NCBI GenBank assembly: GCA_965240325.2
Contig: OZ251227.1
Span: 3,410,001 to 3,474,000, forward strand
DNA: 64,000 nucleotides
Origin: Rebecca billardiae RCC1528
Taxonomy: Eukaryota; Protista; Haptophyta
Direction of reading: 5' to 3'
A model generated the notes under the pieces. That model searched no databases and was not told the DNA's origin. It saw only the letters and a program-made list of their open reading frames with translations. The position numbers and the translations under genes are program-made. Shown in pieces: positions 11,383 to 23,300 of the stretch (its first letter is position 1; each line of letters opens with the position of its first letter).

Positions 11383-13566
11383 ATGGCGTCGCTCGCGCGC
11401 ATGCTGAGCGCGGCGGAGCGCGAGGCGGCGGAGGCGGAGGCGGAGGCGGAGCGCCGGCGCGCGGCGCTGCGCGCGCTGCGCCTCGCCGACGCGCCGCCAT
11501 CCGCCGGCCTCTCGCGCCGCGCCTCCTTCACCACCGCCGAGCGGCGCGCGGCCGCGCTCAGCGTCGCGCGCGTCGGCTCCGCATCGGCCGTCGGCGGCGG
11601 CGGCGCGGTCGCGCCCGACGGCTCGCCGCCGCGCTCGCCCGCGGGGGCGCGCTCGCCCCGCCGCGCGCCGCGTGCCTCGCGCTCCGCCTCGCCCGCCCTG
11701 CGCGCCGAGCGCGCCGCCGCGCCGCCGCCGCCCCCGGCCGAGTGGGGCGCTCAAAGGCCGGCGGCGGCGCGCTCCGCGTCCGAGCCGCACCCTAACCCTA
11801 ACCCTAAGCCTAACCTAGAGCCGCCCTTCTCGGCGCTCAAGATGCTGCGCGGGCTGACGCGCGACCCGTCGACGTTCGTGCACCTGCCCGACGACGCCGA
11901 CGTCGAGGTGGGCGCCGCCGCGCGCGCGAGCGCGGGCGGCGGCGCGCGCGGCGGCGCCGACGGCGGCGCCGGCGCCGGCGCCGACGACGACGACGGCGCG
12001 GGCGGCGCCTACGACGGCGCGTGGTGGGCGCGCGGCGCGGCGCACGGCGCGGCGCGCGGGCGCGAGCCGTGCGCGGGGCTCGACTTTGACGAGGTCGAGA
12101 ACGAGGTCTCCGAGCGCGCGCTCGGCCGCGGCGGCGCCGAGCGCGACGTCGGCGCCGGGCTGCAGCTCGGGCTGACGCTCGGAATTGCGGCGGGCACCGC
12201 GCTGGTCGCCATCGCGCTCTCTCGCGCGATCGAGGCGCTGTTCGGCGCGAAGCTGCGCGCGGTGGGCGCGGCGCGGCGCGGGGGCGGGCCGGCGCGCGGG
12301 TACGCGTGCCTGCTCCTCCTCAACCTCGCCTTCGTCGCCGTCGCCGCGCTGCTCGTTGTCGGCGTGGAGCAGCGCGCAAAGGGCTCGGGCATTCCCGAAG
12401 TCAAGTCGTATTTGAACGGCCGGCGCGTGCCCAACGTGATCGGCGCGCGCACGCTGCTGAGCAAGGGGGCGGGCGTGGTCTTCTCGGTGTGCGCGAACCT
12501 GTGCGTGGGCAAGGAGGGCCCGATGATCCACTCCGGCGCCATCCTCGGCTCGATTCTCCCCGCTGCCCTCGGGCACGCGCTGCCGGCTTCCCGGTCGCTT
12601 TACGCGCTGCGCACGGCGCGCGCCGAGCGCGACTTTGTAAGCATCGGCTGCGCGTGCGGCGTGGCGGGCGCGTTCGCCGCGCCGATCGGCGGCGTGCTCT
12701 TCGTGCTCGAGGAGGCCGCGACCGTGCAGCACTGGCGCGCGCGCCTCACCTCGGCCGCCTTCTTCGGCGCGTGCGTCACGGCGCTCCTCGTGTCAGGCGC
12801 CGCGTCGCTGCGCACGTCAGACTGGGGCAATCTCGCGCAATCTGCGCTCGTCTCGTTCGGCTCGTTCGAGGGCGCGTCCAAGCCGGCGGCGTACGCGCCC
12901 GAGCGGCCGTGGGGCGTGCAGGAGCTCCCCGCCTTCGTCGGCCTCGGCGTGCTCGGCGGGCTCGGCGGCGCCGCCTTCAACGCAGCCAACGTCGCGCTCA
13001 CGCGCTGGCGGATGCGGCACGTGCGCTCGCGCGCCGCCAAGCTCGCCGACGCGCTGGCGGTCTGCGCGCTCTCGTCGACGGTGCTCTGGTACGCGCCGTC
13101 GCTCTGGCCGTGCGTCGACGCGTCGGCGCTGCCGCACGTGCCCGCCTCGACCGACGAGCCGCCGGACCGCCTCTCGCCCCTCTGCCCCGCCGGCGAGGTC
13201 TCTGTGCTCGGCGCCATGTCGATGCAGCAGCTCGACTCGACGGTGCGCGGGCTGTTCCACGCGCCAGGATGGCTGCCGCCCAGCGGGCTGCTGGGCGCGT
13301 GCGCCCTCTACTTTGGGCTCGCGCTGCTCACGTACGGCATCTCGATCCCGTCGGGCCTCTTCGTCCCCGCCATCCTCGTCGGCGCGCTCGGCGGCCGGCT
13401 CGTCGGCCAGGCCCTGTCCGCGCTCGTCGGCGACGGCGTGGTCGACCCGGGAGCGATGGCGCTGGTCGGCGCCGCGTCCTTCCTGGCGGGCGTGACGCGC
13501 GTCACGATCTCCGCGGCGGTGATCATCATCGAGGTGCGGCGCGGTGCGGTGGCGGTGGATGCTGCG

Positions 13567-13604
<38 letters not shown>

Positions 13605-13622
13605 GACTGCTGCTGCGGCTGC

Positions 13623-13679
<57 letters not shown>

Positions 13680-13680
13680 G

Positions 13681-13716
<36 letters not shown>

Positions 13717-15012
13717 GACTGCTGCTGCTGCTGCTGCTGTGCCCGCCCCCGCGCGCGCGCGGGGCTCGAGAGCGCGCGCTCGCGCGGCCGCCGGCCGGCC
13801 GAGCGGCGGAGCGGCAGCCCACACGCACTCCACCGCCGCCGCGCTCGCCGCGTGCCGCCCCAACCCCGCTCCCTCCCTCGTGACGCCCGCTCGCCCTCGC
13901 CCTCGGCCGTGTGCGTGTGCGTGTGCGTGTGCGCGCGCCACCAGACGACCAATAATATTACGTACGCCGTGCCCGTCGCCATCGCGATCCTCGTGTCCAA
14001 GCACGTGGGGGACCTGTTCAACAGCGGGCTGTACGACGAGCACATCGCGCTGCAGGGGATCGCGTACCTGCACGACTCGCTGCCGGACAACCTGCGCTAC
14101 CTGCGCGCGTCGGACGTGGCCTCCGCTCCGGTCGTGTGCCTGCCGGAGCTCGTGCGCGTGCGCCAGCTGCTACTCGCGCTGGGCTGCACAGAACACAACG
14201 GCTTCCCGGTCACCTACGGCGTGCGCGGCGAGCGCGGGCGCAAGTTCTGCGGGCTGGTGCTGCGCGAGCAGCTGCTCGTGCTGCTGGCCGAGCGAAGGTT
14301 CTCGGAAGCGTCCGCGAGCGCGGCGCGCGGCGCGCGCGACGCGGACGCGCTGCTGACGCGCGGCGGCCTGCCACACCCGGACGCGGCGGACGCGGTCGCC
14401 GCGCTCGGCGGCGGCGCGGGCGGCACGGCGGAGGGCGCGGCCGGCGCCGAGCGCCCCGCCGCGGGCGAGGCGCGCGCGGCGGCGGCGGAGGAGGCGGTGG
14501 AGGGCGGCGGCCGCCGCGCGCTCGCCCTGCCGGCCGGCGCGCCGCCGGCTGCGCCGCCGGACGGCGATCGCGCGCGCGGCGCGTCCGCGCCCGCGCCGCC
14601 GGACGCCGACGCGGCGGCGCCGAGCGCCGAGCTGCCGCCGCCGCTTGCCGAGCCGCGCGCCGAGCCGCCCGAGGTGCTGGGCTGGGGCGCGTTCGCGCGC
14701 CGCTTCAACGCGCCGCTCTCCCTCGAGGCGGCGGCGTCCGGGCTGCGGCCGGCCGATCTCGAGCGCTGGCTCGACCTGACGCCCTACATGAACGTAGGCG
14801 CGTGCACGGTGCACCACTCCACCTATCTGGGCCGGGTGCACCTCTACTTCTCGCAGCTCGGGCTGCGGCACCTGACGCTCGTCGACTCGCGCAACTCGGT
14901 CGTCGGGATCATCACGCGCCGCGACGTGACCGAGCTCATCCGCAGCGCGGCCGCCGGCCCCGGCGCCGGCGAGAAGCACACGCTCTTATGGAATAAGGGC
15001 GGCGGGCTCTGA
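11383..15012 (+). CDS. CLC: CLC chloride channel/Cl-/H+ antiporter (ClC-6/7, CLC-d-like) with CBS domains; intron 13534-13944
   Basis: Signatures GSGIPEVK, GKEGPMIH, FAAPIGGVLFVLEE, GLFVP, GLYD; CBS motifs HNGFPV and GLRHL..VD..N.VVGIITRRD. Confidence 0.95.
11790..11817 (+). repeat. Interstitial telomere-like (CCCTAA)n tract
   Basis: ccctaa x3, gcctaa, ccta; reads PNPNPKPN in the CLC frame. Confidence 0.7.
13560..13740. repeat. (CTG)n microsatellite in CLC intron
   Basis: About 180 bp of CTG with gcga and gtgt interruptions. Confidence 0.95.
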
Positions 15013-15535
15013 CTACGACTTAAGGCTGACTAGTGACGACTGCTGATGACTTGACGGCCTCTGCTCATCTCGCTGTTATTCTCGCCCGCAGCAGGCCTCT
15101 CCGGGTCTCCGGCTCGATCCGCCGCTGCCCAGGACTGGGCACTGGCAGCGCTGTCTCCGTAGTGGCAGCATGTGTCACTGAATGCCATCCGACGCGGCTA
15201 TATGCTGATCGAATAATTGTCAGCATATCATATCATCATCATCAACTACGGCGGTAGTGTGCCTACGACTACTGACGATTGGTCGTCTCATCATTATCGC
15301 TCGATGACATCCGGATCGGTCATATGACGTACTATATCCGCGATCGCCGATCCGGCGGGCCGAGCGGCTCGGGCCCGACAGTCCGGTCCGCGTACGGCGT
15401 AGCAGACCTCGGCCCGACGGCGAAGGGGCGTTATTCGGCGGGATGGGCATGGCGCCGGCGCGGGCGAGGCGACTGACGACGACGGGCTGGCACAATCAGC
15501 CGGCTCTGCTCGCTGCTGGGTCCACCGGCCGCGAG

Positions 15536-15955
15536 TCACGTTCGGGCGCCGTCGGCAGCGCCGCAGCCTGCGGTCGTGGCGTCCTGTGCATGATCGCTGG
15601 CCCACAGGAGGGTGGTGCTCTCCGCGGCGAGGCCGTCCAGCCGTCGCTGCCAGTCGTCCATCCGCGAGCCACTCGCGCCAGCGAGCCGCCGCTTCTCCGC
15701 CAGCAGCGCCTCGAGCTGCGCGACGTCGCGCTCGAGCTCGCGCGCCGTGCGGCGGGACGGATCGGCCACGGACGCGGCGGCGCTCGCCGCGAAGCGGGCG
15801 TCCAGCCGCGACGCGGCCGCCCGCACGGCCGCTGCGCTCGCGCGTCTTGCCTGCGCGTGCGCTGCCGCGTCGCCCGCCGCCGGCTCGCCGGCGCATGCCT
15901 GCACGCAGCCCTCCAGGGCGCGCCGCAGCGCGTCGACGTCGGCCGTGGCCGCCAT
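15536..15955 (-). CDS. MED28: Mediator subunit 28-like
   Basis: 139 aa. VDALRRALEGCVQAC and ELERDVAQLEALLAEKRRL....MDDWQRRL resemble the Med28 helices (recalled pattern, not searched). Confidence 0.55.
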   Translation of the reverse strand: MAATADVDALRRALEGCVQACAGEPAAGDAAAHAQARRASAAAVRAAASRLDARFAASAAASVADPSRRTARELERDVAQLEALLAEKRRLAGASGSRMDDWQRRLDGLAAESTTLLWASDHAQDATTAGCGAADGART

Positions 15956-16096
15956 TGCGCCGCGCTCTCTGCTTTGCTTGTGCCGCGAGAGCCGAGATCG
16001 CGATCCAGGGCGCTGCCCCGCGGCGCGGCGCCGCCGCGCCCAACCAGGCGGGGCGAGCGACCGTTTGGAACCCCACGTCTTCACTGCACGGGAGCG

Positions 16097-16348
16097 ATGG
16101 CGGCCCTCAGGCCGAGCGCGGAGGATGACCCGTTCCTGGCGCGGCTGGTGATGCCGGGTGAGTTCGAGCGGGGCCTCGAGGTGGCCGGCGAGGAGGACAT
16201 TGAGCAGTGGCAACGCCAAATGGACGCCGAGTTCGAGGCGGAGAAGGCGCGCCTCCTCGCCGAGCGCGGAGGCGTATCCGCAGGCGCGGCCGGCGCGCTA
16301 ACTGCCGACACCGAGCCGGGCCCGAGCTCTGGCGGGCCGCGGGCGTGA
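16097..16348 (+). CDS. Small acidic hypothetical protein (83 aa), divergent from the Med28-like gene
   Basis: ATG at 16097; coding-like GC3-rich codons; DDPFLARLVMPGEFERGLEVAGEEDIEQWQRQMDAEFEAEK. Confidence 0.55.
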   Translation: MAALRPSAEDDPFLARLVMPGEFERGLEVAGEEDIEQWQRQMDAEFEAEKARLLAERGGVSAGAAGALTADTEPGPSSGGPRA

Positions 16349-17053
16349 TGCGGCGCGTCAGAGCGGCGATCGCTCTGCGCTCGGATCAGAGGCACTGACC
16401 GCACGCTCAGGGCGAGGCGGCGACGCTCGGCTGCGATCGGGCCGCTGACTGCTGTCGGATTCGGCACCGGTCTGTATTAATTACATGTCACGCTGACCTC
16501 TCCCGTCCGGGCGTCTCCGTACTAGCGCGCGGCCCGACTGCGCCGACGGGACGGCGGCGGCCACCACCAGTCAGCGGCTCAGGCCGATGACCGAAGACTG
16601 AGTTGCTGCGCGAGAATGTGTCGTCAGTAGAGTGTCGATCCCGCGTTGCCAGTCACTGACTACGGTCACTGAGTCACTCAGACCCAGTCAGACTCAGACT
16701 CCGAGTGGCTGCATGACGGTCACTCGGCCTGAGCCGCCGCTGGCGGACCGCGGCAGGGCGGCGGCCGGCCACGCCCAAGGGCCGCACGGCAGACCGCGCC
16801 GAGACGTGAGTCGTCGTGCGCGGAGGCGCCGGCAGACAGGCGGCGACTGAGCACCAGGCCAGCAGAGTGGGTGAGCAGCTGAGCGGCACAAGTTTGCCAT
16901 CCTGACTATATGATGGAATCTTCGCCAAGCACCTAGCTAGTGAATGAATAACTGAATAATGATTGACGACAGGCGGACAGTCCGACGCAGACCGACGCGC
17001 CACGCGGACCCGGCGACCGACGGAGCGGTCCAGGTCCTGAGCGTCCTCAGGTC

Positions 17054-17467
17054 CTGCTCATTGACCATGCGGCGCGAGCTGGGCATGCGCTGCCTGCGTG
17101 GCCAGGCCAAGATGCTCATCGCCCCGCGCGCCGCATGGCGCACGTGCGCGGCCCGGGGGCACGCGCCCGCGGGGGCGCTGCATATACGACGACTATACTT
17201 CGAGACGACGGCTGACGACGCGTGGCACCGCGACCACCGCGGTGGCGCGCGCGCGTCGAGTGTCGACGCCAGACGGTGCGTCTCAGAGCTTCCGCTCGGC
17301 GATGGAGTAGTCGGCTAGGGGCGACTACAAGGCCGGGGAGGGGACGACGGCGAGGACTGAGGAGCGCTGATCCGCTGGTGTTTAACTTTATCTCTGCCGT
17401 GCTCGATCTGCTGCTACAGCTTGCTGACTCTGACGCCTGCCCGTTGCATTATGCATACCACGTCGTT
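17054..17467 (+). mobile_element. Degenerate 3' fragment of the RLE non-LTR retrotransposon family seen at 44861-48887
   Basis: Aligns by eye to 48531-48887 with many short insertions; same end ..ataccacgtcgtt followed by an AT-rich tract. Confidence 0.85.
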
Positions 17468-17792
17468 ATTTAATATATAATAGCCGGGTCGTTATTAATT
17501 ATTATTATTATATTATAAATATAATAATCATATATCAGCATTATAATTCGTTACCGTGGGCGGAGACTCCGTTGCCGCAAGTCGTTGCCCGCGTTGCCGT
17601 TGCGGAATGACTACTCAATGAGTAGCTGAGTGTCGCGACGAGCCTCCGTGGGCCTGAATCCGAGGCGCGGGCCGCCAATGCGCTCGGACGCGGCGCGTTG
17701 AATTGTGCTGACACCGTGACACGACGCACGCCAGTCCACGTCCGAGAGGAGTTGCCAGTCAGAATCATCGACATCGTCCTGTTACCAGTGAG

Positions 17793-18773
17793 TCACTCGA
17801 TCGGCGGCAGGTGCTCGCGCAGGAAGGACGCGGCCTCGCGCATGGCGCGCTGCACCTCGGCCATCACGGCGGGGTCGTCCGCGGGGCCGCGCGTCATGAA
17901 GCCGTGGCGCATGCTCGGGAACTCCACCGCCTTCACCGGCACGCCGCCGTTCTGCCGCACGATCCGGGCGTAGCTGCCGTCGCGGTAGCCGTCGGCGTCG
18001 TCCGCGGCCGGCAGCAGCAGCGTGGGCACGCGGATGCGCGCGGCCATCGACTCGACGGGCTCGTCGAACAGCGAGGCGGAGATCTTCCAGGAGGGGTGGG
18101 CGTGCACCGCGCACGCGACCCGCCCCGTGCCGCTCGCCTTCGCCGCCACCCAGCCGCCCCAGCAGAACCCGACCATCCCGATGCGGTTCACGTTGTGCGG
18201 CGGCCGGAGCCGCGAGTCCTGGCCGGGCACGCCCTCGGCCATGAGCCAGCCGTAGCACGCGTCGAGCTTGTGCCGCACGTCGCCCCACGCGTGCGACTTC
18301 ATCCAGCCGATCGCCTCCTCCGAGCCCGCGCGCAGCCCCGCCACGCCGCCGTGCGCGCCGATGTTGTCGCCGCCGCCAAACAGGTCGGGCAGCAGCACGA
18401 GGAAGCCGCTCGCGGCGAGCGCGTCGCACAGGCTGCGCACGCGGCCGCCGGGGGCGAGGCCGTAGACGTCGTGCACGACGACGACGGCGGTGCCCGTGGG
18501 CAGCTTGGGCCGGCAGACGTACGCGCGCACGCCGCCGGGCAGGTCGATCTCCTCGCCCGCCAGCGCGGCGCCCTCGTCCGACTCGAGCCGCGGCCACGCG
18601 CTCGGCGGGCAGCAGCCGGCGGCGTCGGGCTTGGCGGCGCCGAGCAGGCTGGGGAAGAGGCGGTTGACGAGGCTGCTCAGCGGCGGCCCGACGACGGGCA
18701 GCGCGCACAGCAGCCGCACCAGCGCGGGCAGGAAGGGCAGCACCCAGCACAGCGAGAAGGGGCAGCACACCAT
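17793..18773 (-). CDS. Dienelactone hydrolase family alpha/beta hydrolase
   Basis: VVVHDVYG, LCDALAASGFLVLLPDLF, nucleophile elbow GFCWGG, F.SMRHGFMTRG. Confidence 0.92.
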   Translation of the reverse strand: MVCCPFSLCWVLPFLPALVRLLCALPVVGPPLSSLVNRLFPSLLGAAKPDAAGCCPPSAWPRLESDEGAALAGEEIDLPGGVRAYVCRPKLPTGTAVVVVHDVYGLAPGGRVRSLCDALAASGFLVLLPDLFGGGDNIGAHGGVAGLRAGSEEAIGWMKSHAWGDVRHKLDACYGWLMAEGVPGQDSRLRPPHNVNRIGMVGFCWGGWVAAKASGTGRVACAVHAHPSWKISASLFDEPVESMAARIRVPTLLLPAADDADGYRDGSYARIVRQNGGVPVKAVEFPSMRHGFMTRGPADDPAVMAEVQRAMREAASFLREHLPPIE

Positions 18774-19259
18774 CGTGCGCGCGTGCGGCGGGCTGCCAGT
18801 TTCGTCGCATGCCGGGTCCCGCAGCCCGGACGCGCGCAGAAAAGCGGCTCCGGAGGAAATGGACTCGTCCGCAAAAGGACGTTACGGTGCGCGCGGCGTC
18901 GAGGGGTGCTGGGCGCGGCCGCGCGGCTTCCGCGCGCGCAGAAGCGGCCCAGAAGCGGCCCTTTCCGCGGCGAGTCGCGCTGCGCGCGCGGTGGATCTCG
19001 CACAATGGCCTTGCTGGGCGGCGCGGTGCGTGCTCCGCAGCCGGGGCTGGGCTGCACGCCTGGCGCCCAGCGCAAGGGCGGGAAGGGCGCATCCGAAAGG
19101 GCGCAGCATCAACCGCTTTTGCGCTCGGGCCGCTGGGTGGGGGGCGTCCGCACGAGGGCGTTGGCCGTCTGTTCTCCCCGGCACCGAGCCACGGCGCCGA
19201 CGCGCCTCTCCGCCTCCCGGCGCGCCGGCCCGGCGCTCCGGGCAGAGGCGCGCCGGCCG

Positions 19260-20354
19260 ATGGCGCGTCGCGCGTGGCGCGAGCCGCGCGCCGCGCTCCT
19301 CGCCGCGCTCGCGCTCGCCGCGCGCGTGCCGGGCGCGCTCGGCGGCAGCGGCGGCGGCGCGCCCGCGCCCTCGCCCACGCCGGCCGGCCCGCCGTTGGCG
19401 GCGTCGGGCGGCGGCGGCGGCGGCGGCGGCGGGCTGGCCAATCTCGCGCTGTCCGCCGGCTGCTCCCAGTCCTCCACGCCCGACGGCGCCAACTGCTCGC
19501 TCGCGCTCAACAACGACACGCTCACGCACGCGCGCACGGCCGTCGAGCGCGCGCCGTGGTTTGCGCTCGACCTGGGCGGCGTGGCGTACGTCGAGAGCAT
19601 CCAGATCGAGCAGCCGAGCGCCGCGTCTCTCGGCCCCAACGCCACCGCGCGCCTCGAGGCCTTCCGCGTGCGCCTCTCCAACGGCACGGCGCCGCGCGCG
19701 CCGCCGGCGGGCGGCGGCGCGCCGGCCGCCGCCGCCTTTGACGTGGCGGTGCGCGCGGTGTTCGAGCGCTCGCTCGACCTGCAGGTGGGCGCGGTCGGGC
19801 GGTACGTCTCGCTCGAGGGCACCGGCGCGGAGCAGGCCCTCGCCCTCGGCGAGGTCAAGGTCTTTGGCGAGCTGCTCGAGCGCGCGGCCGCGCCGCCGCC
19901 GCCGCCGCCGCCCGCGCCGCCGCGGCTCGGGCGGCGGATCGCGCTGCCGCCGCCGCCGCCGCCGCCGGCGACGCGGTTCAAGCCGCTGGGCGGCGACGTG
20001 CCGCGGTGCCACGGCACGCAGTGGTGGTGGTGCGAGGCCTCCGACTGGGTCATGATGCTCTCCGTCGGCCTCTCGTGCGCGACGGTCGCCGCGGCCGCGC
20101 GCTGCGTCGTGCTCGCGACGGCGGCCGCCGACGCGGACGCGGACGCGGACGCGTGCGGCGAGCGCGCGGCCGGCGGCGGCGGCGAGAGCGCGTGCGAGCT
20201 GCGCGTGGGCGAGCACACCTGCCGCCTCGCGCTGCCACCGCCGCCCGACTGCGCCGCCGCGCTCCTCGCCTGGGCGCTCGCGCCGGTGGCGCGAGCGCTT
20301 GCGCCGTTCGGCGGCGGCGGCGGCGGCCGCCGCCGCCGCGGCGGCGGCGGCCGG

Positions 20355-20392
<38 letters not shown>

Positions 20393-23300
20393 GCCGCCCG
20401 ACGCAGACGGCTCGGAGGAGGGCGCGGACAGCGAGTACGGCGGCGGCGGCTCGTCGACGGAGGCGTCGAGCAGCTGCGGCGACGGTGACGAGGAGACGGA
20501 GCACGCGCCCGTCGGCGCGCTCGCGCGCGCCGCCGCCGCCGCGCTGCGCTCCGGGCCGCGTGGCGCGTGGCACCGCTTGATCGCGCGGCGCGGCGGCGCG
20601 GCGCGCGCGCTCCCGCCGCTGGGCGGCGGCGGCGGCGGCGCGCCGGCGGGCGCGGTGGCGCGGCTGCTCGAGGCGTGGCGCGCGGGCGAGGTGGTGTGCG
20701 CGTACGACGCGTGCCTCGACGCCGGCCGCGGCCCCACGCTCGCCGACGGCGCGCTCGCGCTCGGCGGCGCGCCGCCGCGGCGCGCGCCGATGCGGCGGCC
20801 GCCGCCGCCGCCGCCGCCGCCGCAGCCGCAGCCGCCGCCATATCCGGCGGCGCCCGGCGCGGGCGCGGAGCAGCGCGCGCAGCAGCGCGCGCAGCAGCAC
20901 CCCGCGCACGCCGCCACGCCCGCGCCGCACCACCCGCACCACGCGCCGCTCGCGCCGCCGCCGGCCCCGACGGTCGCCGCGCCGCCGCCGCCGCCCGCAA
21001 CCGGCGCCGGCGCCGGCGCCGCGGCCGCGCACGGCGCTGCGGCGGCGGCGGCGGTGGCGGCCGCGGCGGGCCCGCACGGGCTGACCGTCTTCTTCGCGTC
21101 GCCGCTGTCGATCGTGGACGCGCAGCGCGTGGAGCGGCCGCTTGAGCTGCTCGACACCGAGCGCGAGTGCCGCCACCTGCAGGCCGCGCTCGCCGCGAGC
21201 GGGCGCGAAGTTTCCGTGAACTTTCGCGTCGGCACGCAGGAGTCCATCCGGCAGGCGCTCACCCTCGGGCCGCACTCGTCGGTGGTCCACTTCTCGGGGC
21301 ACGGGCTGCAGGCGCCGGCGGGTCTGGTGCTCGAGGACGGGGCGGGCGGCGCGCACCTGCTCTCGCCCGACCGCGTGCGCGCGCTCTTCGCCGCCGGCGG
21401 CGACGCCGCCGCCCTCCGCCTCCTCGTCGTCAACTGCTGCCACTCCGCCGCCGTCGCGTCCGAGTTTGTGGCAGCGGGCGTGCCGCACGTCGTGGCGTCG
21501 CCTCTCCAGGTGCACGACGCGGCGGCGGCGGTGTTCACGGGGGCGTTCTACCTGGCGCTCGCGGTGGGCCGGAGCATCGCCGCCGCCTTCGAGATCGCGC
21601 GCGAGCAGGTGCGCACGCACCCGCGCCTCGGCGCGCGCGAGGCCGCGGCATTCCACCTGCTGCCGCCCGGCTCCGATCACTCAGAGGCCGTCTGGCCTGG
21701 GGGCGCGCGCAGCCGCGCGCTCGGCGGCGCGCCGCGCGGCGGGGGCGGCGTGGGCGCGGGTGCGTGGGCGGCGGCGGCGCCGGCAGTACCGCCCGCCGCG
21801 CCGTTCGGCAGCGCGCAGCTCCGCGCGCTCCCGTGCCTCCCCGAGGACTACTGCGGCCGGCAGCTCGAGAGCGCAGCGCTGCTTCGATCGCTCGCGCGCC
21901 GCCGGCTCGTCGTCGTCACGGACGGCGCGCCGCCGCCGCCGCCGCTGCTGGCGCGCGCGGGCTGCTCGGGGACGGGGCGCAGCGGCGGCGGCGGCGGCGG
22001 CGCGGGCGTGTGCGCGTCGGCGTCCGGCGAGCACGGCGGCGGCTGGGGCAAGTCCGCCCTCGCCCTCGCCACCGCGCGCTACGCCGCCGTGCGCGGCGTG
22101 TTCGCTGACGGCGCCGCGCTTGTGCGCTGCGACGATTTGGACGGCAGCGCGGCGCAGCTCGCGGCCGCGCTCCGGGCGGCGCTGCTCGGGGGCGGCGGGG
22201 AGGAGGGGCTGCTCGGCGGGGTGCGCGAGGGTGCCGAGCTCGCCGACGCGCCGCCCACGCCCGGCACACCCGCCGGCACACCCGCCGCCGCCGCCCTCGA
22301 CCTGGGCTGGCTGCGCGCGGCGCGCGGCGCGCGCTGCTTGCTCATTCTTGACGGCGCCGACTGTTACGTCGACGACTGTTACGCCGGCGACGGTTACGCC
22401 GGCGGCGGTTACGCCGGCGGCGGTGACGCCGGCGGCGGGGGCGCCGAGGGCGACGAGGCGGCGGAGGGCGGCGGCGGGTGCCTCGGCCGCGCCGCCCGCC
22501 GCGCGCGCGCCCCCCCGCCGCCGCCGCTGCTGCAGCTGCTGCGACCACTCTTTGAGCGCGCCCCCGGCCTGCACCTCGTGCTCACCGCGCGCCGACCGCT
22601 GCCGCCGCGCGCGACGGTGCGTGCGTCCGCAGCCAGCGCGCGCGCCGCGCCGTGTGTCATGCATCGCGCGCGGCGTGTGATGGCGTGTGCGTGGGGTGTG
22701 CATGGCGCCGCCGCCGCCGCTGCCGCGTCGGCGCTCACCGCGTCGCCCCCACCCACGCCCTCTCCCGCGCGCCTCGCGCCCGACCGGTCCATCACTGGCC
22801 GTCCTCTTTTTTTTTATTCTTCTTTTTCCTTCATTTCCCTTTTCGATGTATTTTATTCGGTGTTTGCCCATCGCGTTCTTTTGCTCTGCTGCTGCTGCAG
22901 CTGGGCCTGCCGGTCAAGGCGTGCGTGCTGCCCGTGGGGCCTCTGCGCGACGAGCTCGACGCCGCGCGCCTCTTTCTGCGGTGCGCGCGCCAGCGCCGCA
23001 CGCGCCGAGGCGACGCGCCGCCCCGCCGCCGCGCGCGCTGACCGGCTGACCGGACCGCCCGCCTTTGCTCCCGCCGCGCGCGCCGCGCTCGCGCGCGCCA
23101 CCGCAGGCGGTGCGGCCGCCAGCTGAGCGCCGCCGAGCTCGACGCCTTCCTGGAGGGCGCGGCGGAGGCTCGGCCGGGCGGCGGCGCCGGGGAGGGCGCG
23201 GCGGACGAGGTGGCCGCCGCGCAGCGCGCGCCCGCGGCCGACATGCTCGACGGCGGCGGCGCGGCGGCGGGCGGCGCGGCGGCGGCGGCGGCCGTCGCGC

